Assembly: GCA_003601695.1 (NCBI GenBank)
Contig: PIYH01000002.1
Coordinates: 1 to 46,706, forward strand
Length of the DNA stretch: 46,706 bases
Source of the DNA: Candidatus Bathyarchaeota archaeon
Lineage (GTDB): Archaea; Thermoproteota; Bathyarchaeia; Bathyarchaeales; DTEX01
Direction: 5' to 3'
Part shown: one piece after another, positions 1 to 8,540 of the stretch
Position numbering within the stretch: position 1 is the stretch's first letter
Layout: every line of letters begins with the position of its first letter
Notes under the pieces: model-generated
What the model was told of the DNA's origin: nothing
The model's database searches: none
The model's input: only the letters and a program-made list of their open reading frames with translations
Made by a program: the position numbers and the translations under genes

Positions 1-112
1 TCTCAAGCAAGTGATAGATTGTATAGTTCTTGAAGGCTTCCGCGGTTATTTCGAGGATGCTCTCTACATCTTCAGGCTTTGCTTTTCGAATGATAACTTT
101 GGACTCAATCAA
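1..112 (-). CDS. Partial CDS (5' end only, runs off window): GNAT-like acetyltransferase N-terminus
   Basis: Reverse-complement translation from TTG at 112-110 gives LIESKVIIRKAKPEDVESILEITAEAFKNYTIYHLLE and stays open to position 1. Two in-frame stops (TAG TAG, 113-118) lie directly upstream. The sequence resembles a GNAT N-terminus, but only 37 codons are visible. Confidence 0.3.
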   Translation of the reverse strand, partial: MIESKVIIRKAKPEDVESILEITAEAFKNYTIYHLLE

Positions 113-229
113 CTACTAACACCATACCTGAAAGACTTGTGTTACAAATCAACTCTCTGAGAAGAATAAAAGGTTTATTAGTAATTATCTGGGAAAGCTA
201 AACTGATGGATATTCATCGCATCAGTTGT

Positions 230-367
230 CTAAGGCTTTTTATCCTTAAAGGGTTTAAAATCTTCACATGATGGATCGTCTACGTATCGGAATATTCCCT
301 TTAATCTACATCTTATCAGCGTGGGTGACGGATCTTCAGCATAGACGCATTCTCCACATGTTGGCAT
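230..367 (-). CDS. Possible 45-aa Cys-rich mini-protein (below the ORF-track cutoff)
   Basis: My own translation from ATG at 367-365 to TAG at 232-230 gives MPTCGECVYAEDPSPTLIRCRLKGIFRYVDDPSCEDFKPFKDKKP, with a CxxC plus two more Cys. A perfect 8-bp hairpin (201-208/220-227) lies just downstream. I recognise no family. Confidence 0.2.
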   Translation of the reverse strand: MPTCGECVYAEDPSPTLIRCRLKGIFRYVDDPSCEDFKPFKDKKP

Positions 368-443
368 AAGAATAAAAGTGAAGATGAGATAGGTAACTCT
401 TTCTTTCATAAGAAGATCCAGAAGTTTTTAACCCAAATTTTTT

Positions 444-632
444 ATGCATATTTCTCATACCAAATTAGGGATAAAGATGATAAAGATAGATGATGTGATT
501 CTCCTAATTTTGATAATCGCTATAGTCGCCTTATCTTTAGGATTAACTTACGAGACCCAATATGATAACATAATAGGTATAATTGCTTCAGCATTAGCTG
601 TAGGGCTTATTCTTGGGAGAAAGAGAAGATAG
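444..632 (+). CDS. Small hypothetical membrane protein (two hydrophobic helices)
   Basis: The ORF stands alone and overlaps no larger gene. It has two hydrophobic stretches ('VILLILIIAIVALSLGL', 'IIGIIASALAVGLILG') and a basic C-terminus (RKRR). No family is recognised, and the start could be the internal Met ('MIKIDD'). Confidence 0.3.
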   Translation: MHISHTKLGIKMIKIDDVILLILIIAIVALSLGLTYETQYDNIIGIIASALAVGLILGRKRR

Positions 633-687
633 CATTACGTTAAATGATACTTCGGAGCATTAAGCGAATAAAATAGTTCGTCGTTTT

Positions 688-2064
688 TTAGTGATACATA
701 AGCTTATCCTCGTATCTCCTCAGGTGATCTGTTGCTTCTTGAACATCCATGAAGAGAGAATCGACGCGATTCACATCCTCAAGCACTATGGAATTATGCT
801 TTTGAATTTTAGCGTTCTGAGATGCGAGGCTGAGGAGCTGCACAGCATATCTCAGTGAAGTCTTCGACCCTATCTCCGTGAGCCTCTCTAAGGCTTCCTC
901 GTCAATTGTAACTTTCTCCTCCCTAGCTCTGATCCTCAGAATCTCCCTTATGCTGTCTTTATCATACTCATGCGTAGCTATAATGACAGCTCTATCTATA
1001 AGATCTAATGGGAACCCCATAGGAGATCTTACATCCGTTCCACGAATGGTGGTGATTCCCCTATTCGTGGCGAGGATTATTATTGGCACCAGCTCGCTCT
1101 CTAACGCTCTGCCGAGGAAGCTGAAAGCTTCAAGATCTAGGAGATGACTGTCATCAATGAAGAGAACACCGGGATGAATGAAAGCTTTTCCTTCATCTAC
1201 GAGTTTCTTAACAGAATCGTCTACTGTCGCTCTTATCTCCGGATCAATCTCCTTTGTCTCTGATCCTCCCAGCAGAAGGGAGAAAAGACTGCCTCCCATA
1301 CGGCGCTGAGCCTGAATCTCATCCATATCGTGCAGTGTTAGTGTGTAAACGAACTCCTTCTCCTTTAGCACATCGCCATCTGGACGCGGTACCTTTTGAC
1401 GCGTATCTACATCATAGGTTTTGCCCTTACTGCTCTCGATGCTTAATCCGAGATTAACGACCCTTCCAGTCTCAGCGTCGATCTGAATTACGCTTCCCTC
1501 GGTTATCCCTTGCTGTATTATCTGCTGTGCAATCGAGGCTCCGGCTTCTATGGTCTTCTCCTGCTTCTTCGTCCTCAGAGTTAAACGTATACTTTCCGGT
1601 ACTTTCTGATAGGGGTTGTAGGGATGCGGGGCGGTGTGAATGTCGATGCCCGTCACCTCGCCCTCATAGACTTTTCTCATCTCATGTATCTCTACTCCGA
1701 TGCATTTTCTTATAGCCTCAATTAGAACTTCGGTCTTCTTCTTTTCGGTACTATAGATCTCGCTTCCGCTCATTTGAATGAAGGGAACATTAGAGCCTAG
1801 CTCACGTGAAATAGCAACTGCTATAGCCGTTTTTCCAGTTCCCGGAGGTCCAGCTAATATGACAACCCTTCCGCTCATCTTTCCCTCCTTTATCATCTGC
1901 ACTACAAGCCCTGCTGCCTCGCGAGCTTTTTCTTGACCAACCATTCCATCCTTAACTTTGACGGCTTTCATATTCTCGTCTAAGCCAAGCCCCTTAATGT
2001 GAGTATGGGCTCCTATTCTTTCGAACCGTGTGATACGTGTTGGAACCTCCCGAATATCCGCCAT
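688..2064 (-). CDS. RuvB-like / TIP49 (pontin/reptin-type) AAA+ ATPase
   Basis: It has Walker A 'GPPGTGKTA', a Walker B region 'VLFIDDSHLLD', sensor-1 'ILATNRG' and 'PLDLIDR'. An OB-like insertion domain sits between Walker A and Walker B. By eye it is collinear with human RUVBL1 (for example 'FLGRALESELVPIIILATNRG' versus '[21 protein letters not shown]'). Confidence 0.92.
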   Translation of the reverse strand: MADIREVPTRITRFERIGAHTHIKGLGLDENMKAVKVKDGMVGQEKAREAAGLVVQMIKEGKMSGRVVILAGPPGTGKTAIAVAISRELGSNVPFIQMSGSEIYSTEKKKTEVLIEAIRKCIGVEIHEMRKVYEGEVTGIDIHTAPHPYNPYQKVPESIRLTLRTKKQEKTIEAGASIAQQIIQQGITEGSVIQIDAETGRVVNLGLSIESSKGKTYDVDTRQKVPRPDGDVLKEKEFVYTLTLHDMDEIQAQRRMGGSLFSLLLGGSETKEIDPEIRATVDDSVKKLVDEGKAFIHPGVLFIDDSHLLDLEAFSFLGRALESELVPIIILATNRGITTIRGTDVRSPMGFPLDLIDRAVIIATHEYDKDSIREILRIRAREEKVTIDEEALERLTEIGSKTSLRYAVQLLSLASQNAKIQKHNSIVLEDVNRVDSLFMDVQEATDHLRRYEDKLMYH

Positions 2065-2174
2065 GTACTTCCCCCTCCATTAATAGAATTTAGAAAATCG
2101 AGAAAATTAAGAATTACTGAAAAGAGTCTAAAGAAAAAATATTTATCTGTTATTGGCACGTCTCATTAGAAGGG

Positions 2175-2480
2175 TTATTCTTCCTTTTTTAGTGACTCAA
2201 TTATTTTTACGATATCCTCAGTACTTCGCCCCAATTTTAACTTGATATACGTTAAGGTGTCTCGCTCGGAGGGTTCATGCTTCTTCTTTCTTTCTTCTAT
2301 GATCGACTCCTTCATTGGAGTTTCATGCGTCTTAACTTCAAGCCTTTCGACAACTTCTCTGAGATCTTTGGAGACCCTCTCTAGCTTTTCAACTATTGCA
2401 TTAAGGTTTTTTTCGTGTTCCATCAATGTATTTATTAGGAGATCTAAGTAGCTCGCTCTTCCCTTCTCTTCCGAGCTCAT
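2175..2480 (-). CDS. Hypothetical small coiled-coil protein
   Basis: This is a stand-alone 101-aa ORF. It is charged and heptad-like ('LNAIVEKLERVSKDLREVVERLEV'). No family is recognised. Confidence 0.45.
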   Translation of the reverse strand: MSSEEKGRASYLDLLINTLMEHEKNLNAIVEKLERVSKDLREVVERLEVKTHETPMKESIIEERKKKHEPSERDTLTYIKLKLGRSTEDIVKIIESLKKEE

Positions 2481-2673
2481 GTATCCTTCTTCCCTTTAGA
2501 CTTGAATGATCTTTATCAAATCTCCCCTATTTAAACTATTTATGAACCTCTGAGCTTGATGTTGAATTATGCTCTATGTTGCATAAGTAACATACTTATC
2601 AGCAGTTTTCACTCTTCATAGATATGAAGAAACCATATCATTATTCCGTTATGATTAGCTATACCATATCTAG

Positions 2674-3279
2674 GTGAAAGTCTTGACTAAACGGCTAGAG
2701 ACATTACCCAGAAGGTTCTATGAGAGGGATCCCGAAGTTGTCGCTAAGAGTCTTTTAGGTAAGATCCTGATAAGAAAGACCGGAGGTAAAAGACTAAGCG
2801 GGATGATTGTTGAGACAGAAGCATATTACGGTCCTGAGGATCCGGCTTCCCGCGCCTCAGATGGCATGAAGAACTTTAATAGGCTTATGTGGCTTAAACC
2901 CGGCGTAGCCTTCATCTACAACGTCCATAAGTATTGGATGTTCAATATCGTCGCCCATGAACTTGGAAAGGTCGGGGCAGTTCTAGTGAGGGCGATAGAG
3001 CCGTTTGAGGGAATTGATATTATGAGAAGAAACAGAGGCATTGGAGATGAGAAGATTGTTAATCTGACGAATGGTCCTGGAAAGTTCACCGTTGCATTTG
3101 GAATTGATAAGAAACTAAACGGAGTCGACGTCACATCCCAGAAAAGCCCAATTTTCATTCTTGATAGACATATTCATGTTAGAATTTCAAGCTCAAAGAG
3201 GATAGGTGTGAGAGCAGATTTAGAGAAGAATCTACGCTTCTACATTCAGGGAAACAGATTCGTCTCAAAATCTGGTTGA
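2674..3279 (+). CDS. mpg: DNA-3-methyladenine (methylpurine) glycosylase, AAG/MPG family
   Basis: It carries the MPG family hallmarks 'VAKSLLGKIL', 'IVETEAYYGPEDPASRA', 'VAFIYNVHKYWMFNIV', 'VLVRAIEP' and 'NGPGKFTVAFGI'. The start is GTG. Confidence 0.87.
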   Translation: MKVLTKRLETLPRRFYERDPEVVAKSLLGKILIRKTGGKRLSGMIVETEAYYGPEDPASRASDGMKNFNRLMWLKPGVAFIYNVHKYWMFNIVAHELGKVGAVLVRAIEPFEGIDIMRRNRGIGDEKIVNLTNGPGKFTVAFGIDKKLNGVDVTSQKSPIFILDRHIHVRISSSKRIGVRADLEKNLRFYIQGNRFVSKSG

Positions 3280-3281
3280 AA

Positions 3282-4394
3282 TTAGATCTTCCAGTTGAGA
3301 TTCACATTTTTCATGTCAGCGTATATCTTGATTATGCTAGCGATTATTATGAGAAGCCAGAGGGGTGAATAGATTATGTAGAAGATGATGAACTCGGCTG
3401 GATTGAATACAAAGCCTATCTTCCTCGCAACGACATAGAAGAATGCCGAATAGGCTCCTAAGCTCCCGATCATAAAGGACAGATTCTTCACGAAAACGAT
3501 TGATGTAGACGTGAATGCTGTAGGCGGAAGGAATAGGCTTACCTGAGTTGATAGGAGGAGCATGAAGATGTATAATCCTTTGACATATAGATCGTCGGGA
3601 ACAAAGACGGTAAATAGGAAGAATGGGAGAGTGGGAAACATCATTAGAAGTGAGGGTAGGAGAACCTCAGGATACTCCTTAACGATCCTAACTATATCGT
3701 GAAGATACTCCTTAAGCCATAAGGCGCTTCCAATACCCCAGCGTTTTCTTTGTTCAAACCATTTCCTCCAGGAAGAGGGAGCCTTAGTGCTTATGCTTAT
3801 ATCCTTCAAGAATTTATAGCTTAAACCTTCCATAAACGCCCTTGTAGCGAGGTCCACATCCTCGAGGTTTACGCGTCTAAATCCGCCTAGCTTATTGAAT
3901 GCTTCTCTCCTTATAGCGAATGCGGCTCCATTCAAGCCCAGACATTTTTTTAGATTATGCGAAAAAAGAAGATTAGTCAGATTAAAGCTTAAGTAATCGT
4001 AGCTGACAATCCTCGCGATGAAGGAGTCACGTATGACCTTCTTTTTCATCTCAACTATGTCTGCATCTTTGATCTCCTCGGCGATTCTTCGGAGGAAATC
4101 TTTTGACTCTCCATCTATCCTGCAGTCGGAGTCAAGGAATAAAAGAATCTCACCATGAGATTTATCTACAAGTTCATTGAGAACATTTGCCTTTCCTCTT
4201 CTCTCCCCATTACAGATGAAGTATACGCAATCTGAAAACTCTCTCACTATGCTGAAACTCTTCTCTGTCGGTTCATCTATAACTACAAATATCTCCTTCT
4301 TCTCATATGGGTCATCTAGAAGCCGCTCTAGTAAAGGTTTAAGAAGATCAGATTCTCTATACACGGGTATAAATATACTTAATGTAGGTAACAT
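3282..4394 (-). CDS. Family 2 glycosyltransferase with C-terminal membrane domain, processive-synthase-like (D,D,D,QxxRW)
   Basis: Motifs are 'IFIPVYRES', 'VVIDEPT', 'LFLDSDC' (DxD), 'LEDVDLATR' and 'EQRKRWGIG' (QxxRW). About four hydrophobic helices follow. Confidence 0.85.
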   Translation of the reverse strand: MLPTLSIFIPVYRESDLLKPLLERLLDDPYEKKEIFVVIDEPTEKSFSIVREFSDCVYFICNGERRGKANVLNELVDKSHGEILLFLDSDCRIDGESKDFLRRIAEEIKDADIVEMKKKVIRDSFIARIVSYDYLSFNLTNLLFSHNLKKCLGLNGAAFAIRREAFNKLGGFRRVNLEDVDLATRAFMEGLSYKFLKDISISTKAPSSWRKWFEQRKRWGIGSALWLKEYLHDIVRIVKEYPEVLLPSLLMMFPTLPFFLFTVFVPDDLYVKGLYIFMLLLSTQVSLFLPPTAFTSTSIVFVKNLSFMIGSLGAYSAFFYVVARKIGFVFNPAEFIIFYIIYSPLWLLIIIASIIKIYADMKNVNLNWKI

Positions 4395-4551
4395 GGCATT
4401 AATTTAATTTCAAGTTATTAATTTATAAATTTATTCTGTATTTGGGAAAAAATTTGAATTCTCTATAGAACACCTATTTAGTATTATTATTGCTAAATAA
4501 AACTTAAGAGAATGCTACTCTAAGATAAACATCCGCTGAGAGGATGAAGCT

Positions 4552-5360
4552 ATGATTAGCGAAGATTTGAATGCTTGTTCGCCGTTGATAAGAAGGCTCC
4601 AATATAGACTTCAAGAATTAAAGAAGTATCGAAGAATGTTCACTTGGCGCTTCTTTCAAGAAGAACTGCCAAGAGCCTTTGAAGCGGATTTTAACGATTC
4701 CTCATGAAGAGAAGCCAGTTTACCGATGATGCTTAATGTCAGGAAAGTGACGGATGGCTGAGATGCAGAGTTAAAGTTCCCGTGGAGATTAATGGAATAA
4801 GCACTGCAGGGTCTCAAGTAAAGTTCTTTTCCTTTCCAATTCTAGGGAAGACAGAGGTCTTCGTCAATTCAAGAAGAGTTCTCACAGCTAGTTATTGAGC
4901 TGAGTTTAGAGAGCCAAAGATTATCCTAACTATGAACGCGCAACCTAACGAGGAATATGTGATTACTATTCATGTCAACAAGAATGAGAAATATGAAACG
5001 GTGAATATTCCGGCATACGAGATTAATCATCCATTAGAGGCAGTAGTTGTATTGAATCCATCAGCAATTGAAGGCTTTAGACCGTAGGAATACAGTTTCT
5101 GGAGATTGTTTCAATGAACATCGTTGTTTCAGGAATTAAGACCGCTGAGGATTCTAAAGGTTTCATTGTCGGGATATATGATGCGACAGGTGACGGCGCT
5201 AAAGCTGAATTGATTAGTAAATTTAAGATTAAAAGAGCTTATGAAATAGATTTACTTGAGAGGAATATTAAACCTTTACGCGTTGAAAGAGGAAAGGTAA
5301 TTAGTTGATCTCTCTCCATTCGAAATAAAGACTATAAGGATTGAAGAAGAGATATTTTAA
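4552..5360 (+). pseudogene. Relic of a GH38-type alpha-mannosidase: N-terminal and C-terminal fragments only, with stops and frameshifts
   Basis: The N-terminal fragment reads 'FTWRFFQEELPRAFEADFNDSS*REASLP', with TGA (4705-4707) where Trp is expected. After a frame change it reads 'WLRCRVKVPVEINGIS...GKTEVFVNSRRV', with further in-frame stops at 4896 and 5085. The C-terminal fragments read 'FLEIVSMNIVVSGIKTAEDSKGFIVGIYDATGDG...EIDLLERNIKPLRVERGKVIS' and, after another frame change, 'DLSPFEIKTIRIEE*'. These match the typical GH38 C-terminus. The relic is about 0.8 kb, against roughly 3 kb for an intact gene. Confidence 0.55.
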
Positions 5361-5365
5361 TCCCT

Positions 5366-6388
5366 TCAAGGCTTAACCAGCACCTTCACGGCGCCCTCAA
5401 GCTTCTTCTCTGCAATCTCAAAGGCTCTATGAATCTCTTCAAGTTTGAAGACGTGGCTTATTAGAGGTTTCAGTCTCACCATCCCAGAGACCGCTATCCT
5501 AACTGCCCTTTGGAAGGTAAATGGGCTCCGATAAGACGTCGTTACAGTCAGTTCCTTATCATAGAGCTCGAAGGGCTTAACTTCCCATATAGCTTCCTGA
5601 GGAGAGACCCCGAAGATCAAAAGCCTCCCTCCTCTTCTCGTAGCCCTCATTGCTTGCGTTATGGCCTTCGGGCTGCCTACCGCTTCTATGGCGACATCAA
5701 CTCCATAGCCATCTGTCAGTTTCCTAATTGCTTCAATAGGGTCTTCATTCTTTATATTCACCACGTAATCGGCTCCAAGTTTGCTGGCTAATTTAAGTCT
5801 CGCATCCTCCATGTCGGTCTGGATAATCATCGATGCTCCAGCTTGCTTTGCGAGTTGAAGTAGAATCAGCCCAACGGGTCCAGCGCCCACTATTGCCACC
5901 GCATCACCGGCTCTTATGCCAGCTTGATCTATACCCCTCACGCAACACGCTAAAGGCTCGATTAAGGCAGCTTCGTCTAGGTTGAATTCCCGAGGCACCT
6001 TGTAGATGTTAGATTCTCTCGCCTTCACGTACTCTGCGAACGCACCGTTAATCGTTACTCCTATAGCCTCAAGATTCTCGCAGAAGTAGTTTCTTTCAGA
6101 CAGACGACAGAAGTAACATGATCCGCAAGTTATGTTCGGCTCGACAACGACTGGGTCTCCGACGCTTAAGCTCTTTACATCGCGCCCGATCTCCGCGATT
6201 ATTCCAGAGAATTCGTGGCCTAAGATGATAGGCGTTTTAGTGCTCCACTCTCCCCTGAAGATGTGGATATCCGTCCCGCATATTCCCGTAGCGTTAACTC
6301 TAATCAAGACCTCATCAGCTGAGGGTTTCGGATCAGGCACCTCTTCAAGCCTTAAATCTTTTACTCCATAAAAAACCGCAGCATGCAT
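5366..6388 (-). CDS. Zinc-dependent medium-chain alcohol/polyol dehydrogenase (threonine/sorbitol dehydrogenase-like)
   Basis: Motifs are 'GICGTDIH', 'GHEFSGII', the structural-zinc cluster 'CGSCYFC...C' and the Rossmann motif 'IVGAGPVG'. Confidence 0.9.
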   Translation of the reverse strand: MHAAVFYGVKDLRLEEVPDPKPSADEVLIRVNATGICGTDIHIFRGEWSTKTPIILGHEFSGIIAEIGRDVKSLSVGDPVVVEPNITCGSCYFCRLSERNYFCENLEAIGVTINGAFAEYVKARESNIYKVPREFNLDEAALIEPLACCVRGIDQAGIRAGDAVAIVGAGPVGLILLQLAKQAGASMIIQTDMEDARLKLASKLGADYVVNIKNEDPIEAIRKLTDGYGVDVAIEAVGSPKAITQAMRATRRGGRLLIFGVSPQEAIWEVKPFELYDKELTVTTSYRSPFTFQRAVRIAVSGMVRLKPLISHVFKLEEIHRAFEIAEKKLEGAVKVLVKP

Positions 6389-6619
6389 CTCTCATTTCTC
6401 CCCGTAATTGTTGTGAAAATTATCCTAATATTGTTAATGATGATAAATCGTAAATCCTTATTAGTTAAAGGCTGTTAATATTTCATGCCGGATGACGAGA
6501 AGGCATTTGATTGAGTTTGGATGATAGATCAGAGTTAAACGGACGGCAATAGATGATAAATCTTCTGGCATAAAAAGGGGATTCTTGAGCGTTTTAGACG
6601 AGATGTTCCGCGATATACA

Positions 6620-7390
6620 TCATCCTTTTTCGTATGGCTTGGGAATTATACTTCTTCTAGGAGTAGATCGTTCTATCTCCTCCAGCTTACGGAAAGTTTC
6701 CTTTACATATTCAGCGATCTTCTCCGCTCGTGTCTCAATGATTTTCTTACCCTTTTCCTTCGAAGCTCGGCTGGCTAATCCCCAAGGTCCATACTTAGTT
6801 ACTCCCTTCATACCCACATAGTCTAGATACTCTTGCGTCGCGTCTGGAACACAGTCGACAATTTTATCCTTCCTAACCCATTTCTCATTTAGGTAGAGCA
6901 TGCATGAAGTCTCATGTTCGCCTGCATGAACATCAACTGGCTTCTTACCCATAGGGCCTCCATGTATAACTTTTAGGTCGGGATACTCTAGGTTCAGCTC
7001 CCTTATGGTTGGCTTTATTATCCAGTTTCCTCCATGACCGGAGATTATCACAATCTTCTTTATGCCATGCAAGTAGAGGGATAAGACAATATCCCTTATC
7101 GTCTGAGCTAAAGTTGAAGGCCTTATACTCACCGTTCCGCAGAACTCCAGATGCTCCTGTGAGTTACTATATGGTATAGCGGGTAAAAGGTAGCAGTTTC
7201 CTATCTTCTCAGCCAGCCTCTTGGCGACTTCCTGAACGATTATCCAGTCTGTTCCCAGCGGTAGATGTGGGCCGTGTTGCTCAATTGAGCCTACTGGCAG
7301 AATTGCAGTGTCAATCTTAGCCTCTTCAAGTTCCTTCGAAGTATTATATACTGTTAGAATCTTATTTTCTGAATTCTTCATGCTTTTCAT
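6620..7390 (-). CDS. Creatininase-family metal amidohydrolase (creatinine amidohydrolase / ArfB-like)
   Basis: Motifs are 'LPVGSIEQHGPHLPLGTD', 'IISGHGGN' and 'HAGEHETS'. I cannot distinguish the subfamilies by eye. Confidence 0.82.
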   Translation of the reverse strand: MKSMKNSENKILTVYNTSKELEEAKIDTAILPVGSIEQHGPHLPLGTDWIIVQEVAKRLAEKIGNCYLLPAIPYSNSQEHLEFCGTVSIRPSTLAQTIRDIVLSLYLHGIKKIVIISGHGGNWIIKPTIRELNLEYPDLKVIHGGPMGKKPVDVHAGEHETSCMLYLNEKWVRKDKIVDCVPDATQEYLDYVGMKGVTKYGPWGLASRASKEKGKKIIETRAEKIAEYVKETFRKLEEIERSTPRRSIIPKPYEKG

Positions 7391-7487
7391 CTCGAGACTA
7401 ACAAGCCTATAAGGGACCTATATATGTATTGTTGAATAAGACGTTAAAGGCTACTAGAACCAAAAAATAGGAAGAATGATTGAAAGT

Positions 7488-8540
7488 TTACTCTATCACT
7501 ATCTTCTCCCATTTTCCAGCCTTTACCGATCTGTAACACGCGTCAAGTATGCAGTTTACGATGTATCCGTCTCTGAATGTTTCACGAGGCTTTTCACCCC
7601 TCCCAATGCAGGATATGAAGTGCTGGAGCTCAGGTAAGTATCCGTATAGTTCATGTTCTCTCCATATCGGATACATCCATCCCCTCTTCGCCTCAGCCTT
7701 CTCTACGACGTATCCAACCTTCTCTTCAGGCGCTACTGTGAAGACTCTAATACCCGTCTCCCTAGTAGTATCTACGAAGATCGCACCGTCAGATCCATAT
7801 ATCTCAAACCTCAAGTCTAACCCTCCATGAGCGGCCCAGCTATTCTCAGCCTGACCTAGCTCTCCTCCCTCATACCTAACAAGCGCCACACTATTATCCT
7901 CCGCCTTAGTGTCATGAACTAGCGTGGCGCTCCACGCGCTTGCCTCCACAGGCTTCTTGCCGATCATGTATCTGGCGACTTCCACTGAATGACAACCCAT
8001 ATCCATAAGAGCTCCTCCTCCGGCAAGCTCAGGGTTCCAGAACCACGCTGAGTGAGGGCCGAAATGAGCTTCCCGGCTTCTTACCCAGAAGACCCTTCCG
8101 ATAGCGCCGTTTTCAATCATCTCTTTAACTCTTACAGTCTGCGGGAAGAAAACTTGGTTCTCAGCATAGCAATTGATCACGCCGTATCTTTCCACGGCAT
8201 CCAGCATAGCCTTCGCCTCGTCTACGCTACGCGCAAGTGGTTTCTCACAGATAATATGCTTACCGTTCTCAGCTGCTATCTCAGCTGCTTTCCTGTGTAG
8301 GAAATTCGGTAATCCAATGTCTATTACGTCTATTTCGGGATCCGAGCATGCCTTCTCGATGAAGTCATCACCCGAATAAACCTTCTTAACTCCGAATTTC
8401 CTAGCAACCTCCTCAGCTCGCTCCTTTCTCCTTCCAGCGATAGCCAGCACGTTTGCCTCAGCTATCTCCTTGTATGATGGAAGGTGAAAAGTTTCTTGAA
8501 CAAAGCCGTAACCGAGTACCCCGACATTCACTTTCCTCAT
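7488..8540 (-). CDS. Gfo/Idh/MocA-family NAD(P)-dependent oxidoreductase
   Basis: It has the N-terminal Rossmann motif 'VGVLGYGFV', the 'ICEKPLARS' (EKP) motif and the typical C-terminal alpha/beta domain. Confidence 0.88.
   Translation of the reverse strand: MRKVNVGVLGYGFVQETFHLPSYKEIAEANVLAIAGRRKERAEEVARKFGVKKVYSGDDFIEKACSDPEIDVIDIGLPNFLHRKAAEIAAENGKHIICEKPLARSVDEAKAMLDAVERYGVINCYAENQVFFPQTVRVKEMIENGAIGRVFWVRSREAHFGPHSAWFWNPELAGGGALMDMGCHSVEVARYMIGKKPVEASAWSATLVHDTKAEDNSVALVRYEGGELGQAENSWAAHGGLDLRFEIYGSDGAIFVDTTRETGIRVFTVAPEEKVGYVVEKAEAKRGWMYPIWREHELYGYLPELQHFISCIGRGEKPRETFRDGYIVNCILDACYRSVKAGKWEKIVIE

Noticed and set aside
5114-5308. 64-aa ORF that could be annotated as a small stand-alone gene.
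   Set aside because: Its sequence is the C-terminal beta-sandwich of a GH38 alpha-mannosidase, and it continues in another frame ('DLSPFEIKTIRIEE'). It is part of the pseudogene at 4552-5360.
6437-6520. C-box-like 'ATGATGA' at 6437-6443 in an intergenic spacer, considered as a C/D-box sRNA.
   Set aside because: There is no D-box (CTGA) at a suitable distance downstream and no terminal stem, so the evidence is insufficient.
6585-6821. 78-aa plus-strand ORF at the 3' end of the creatininase-family gene. Similar cases are 11214-11432, 30510-30701 and 33686-33889.
   Set aside because: Each overlaps a well-supported gene on the opposite strand. They have low-complexity composition and no independent support.
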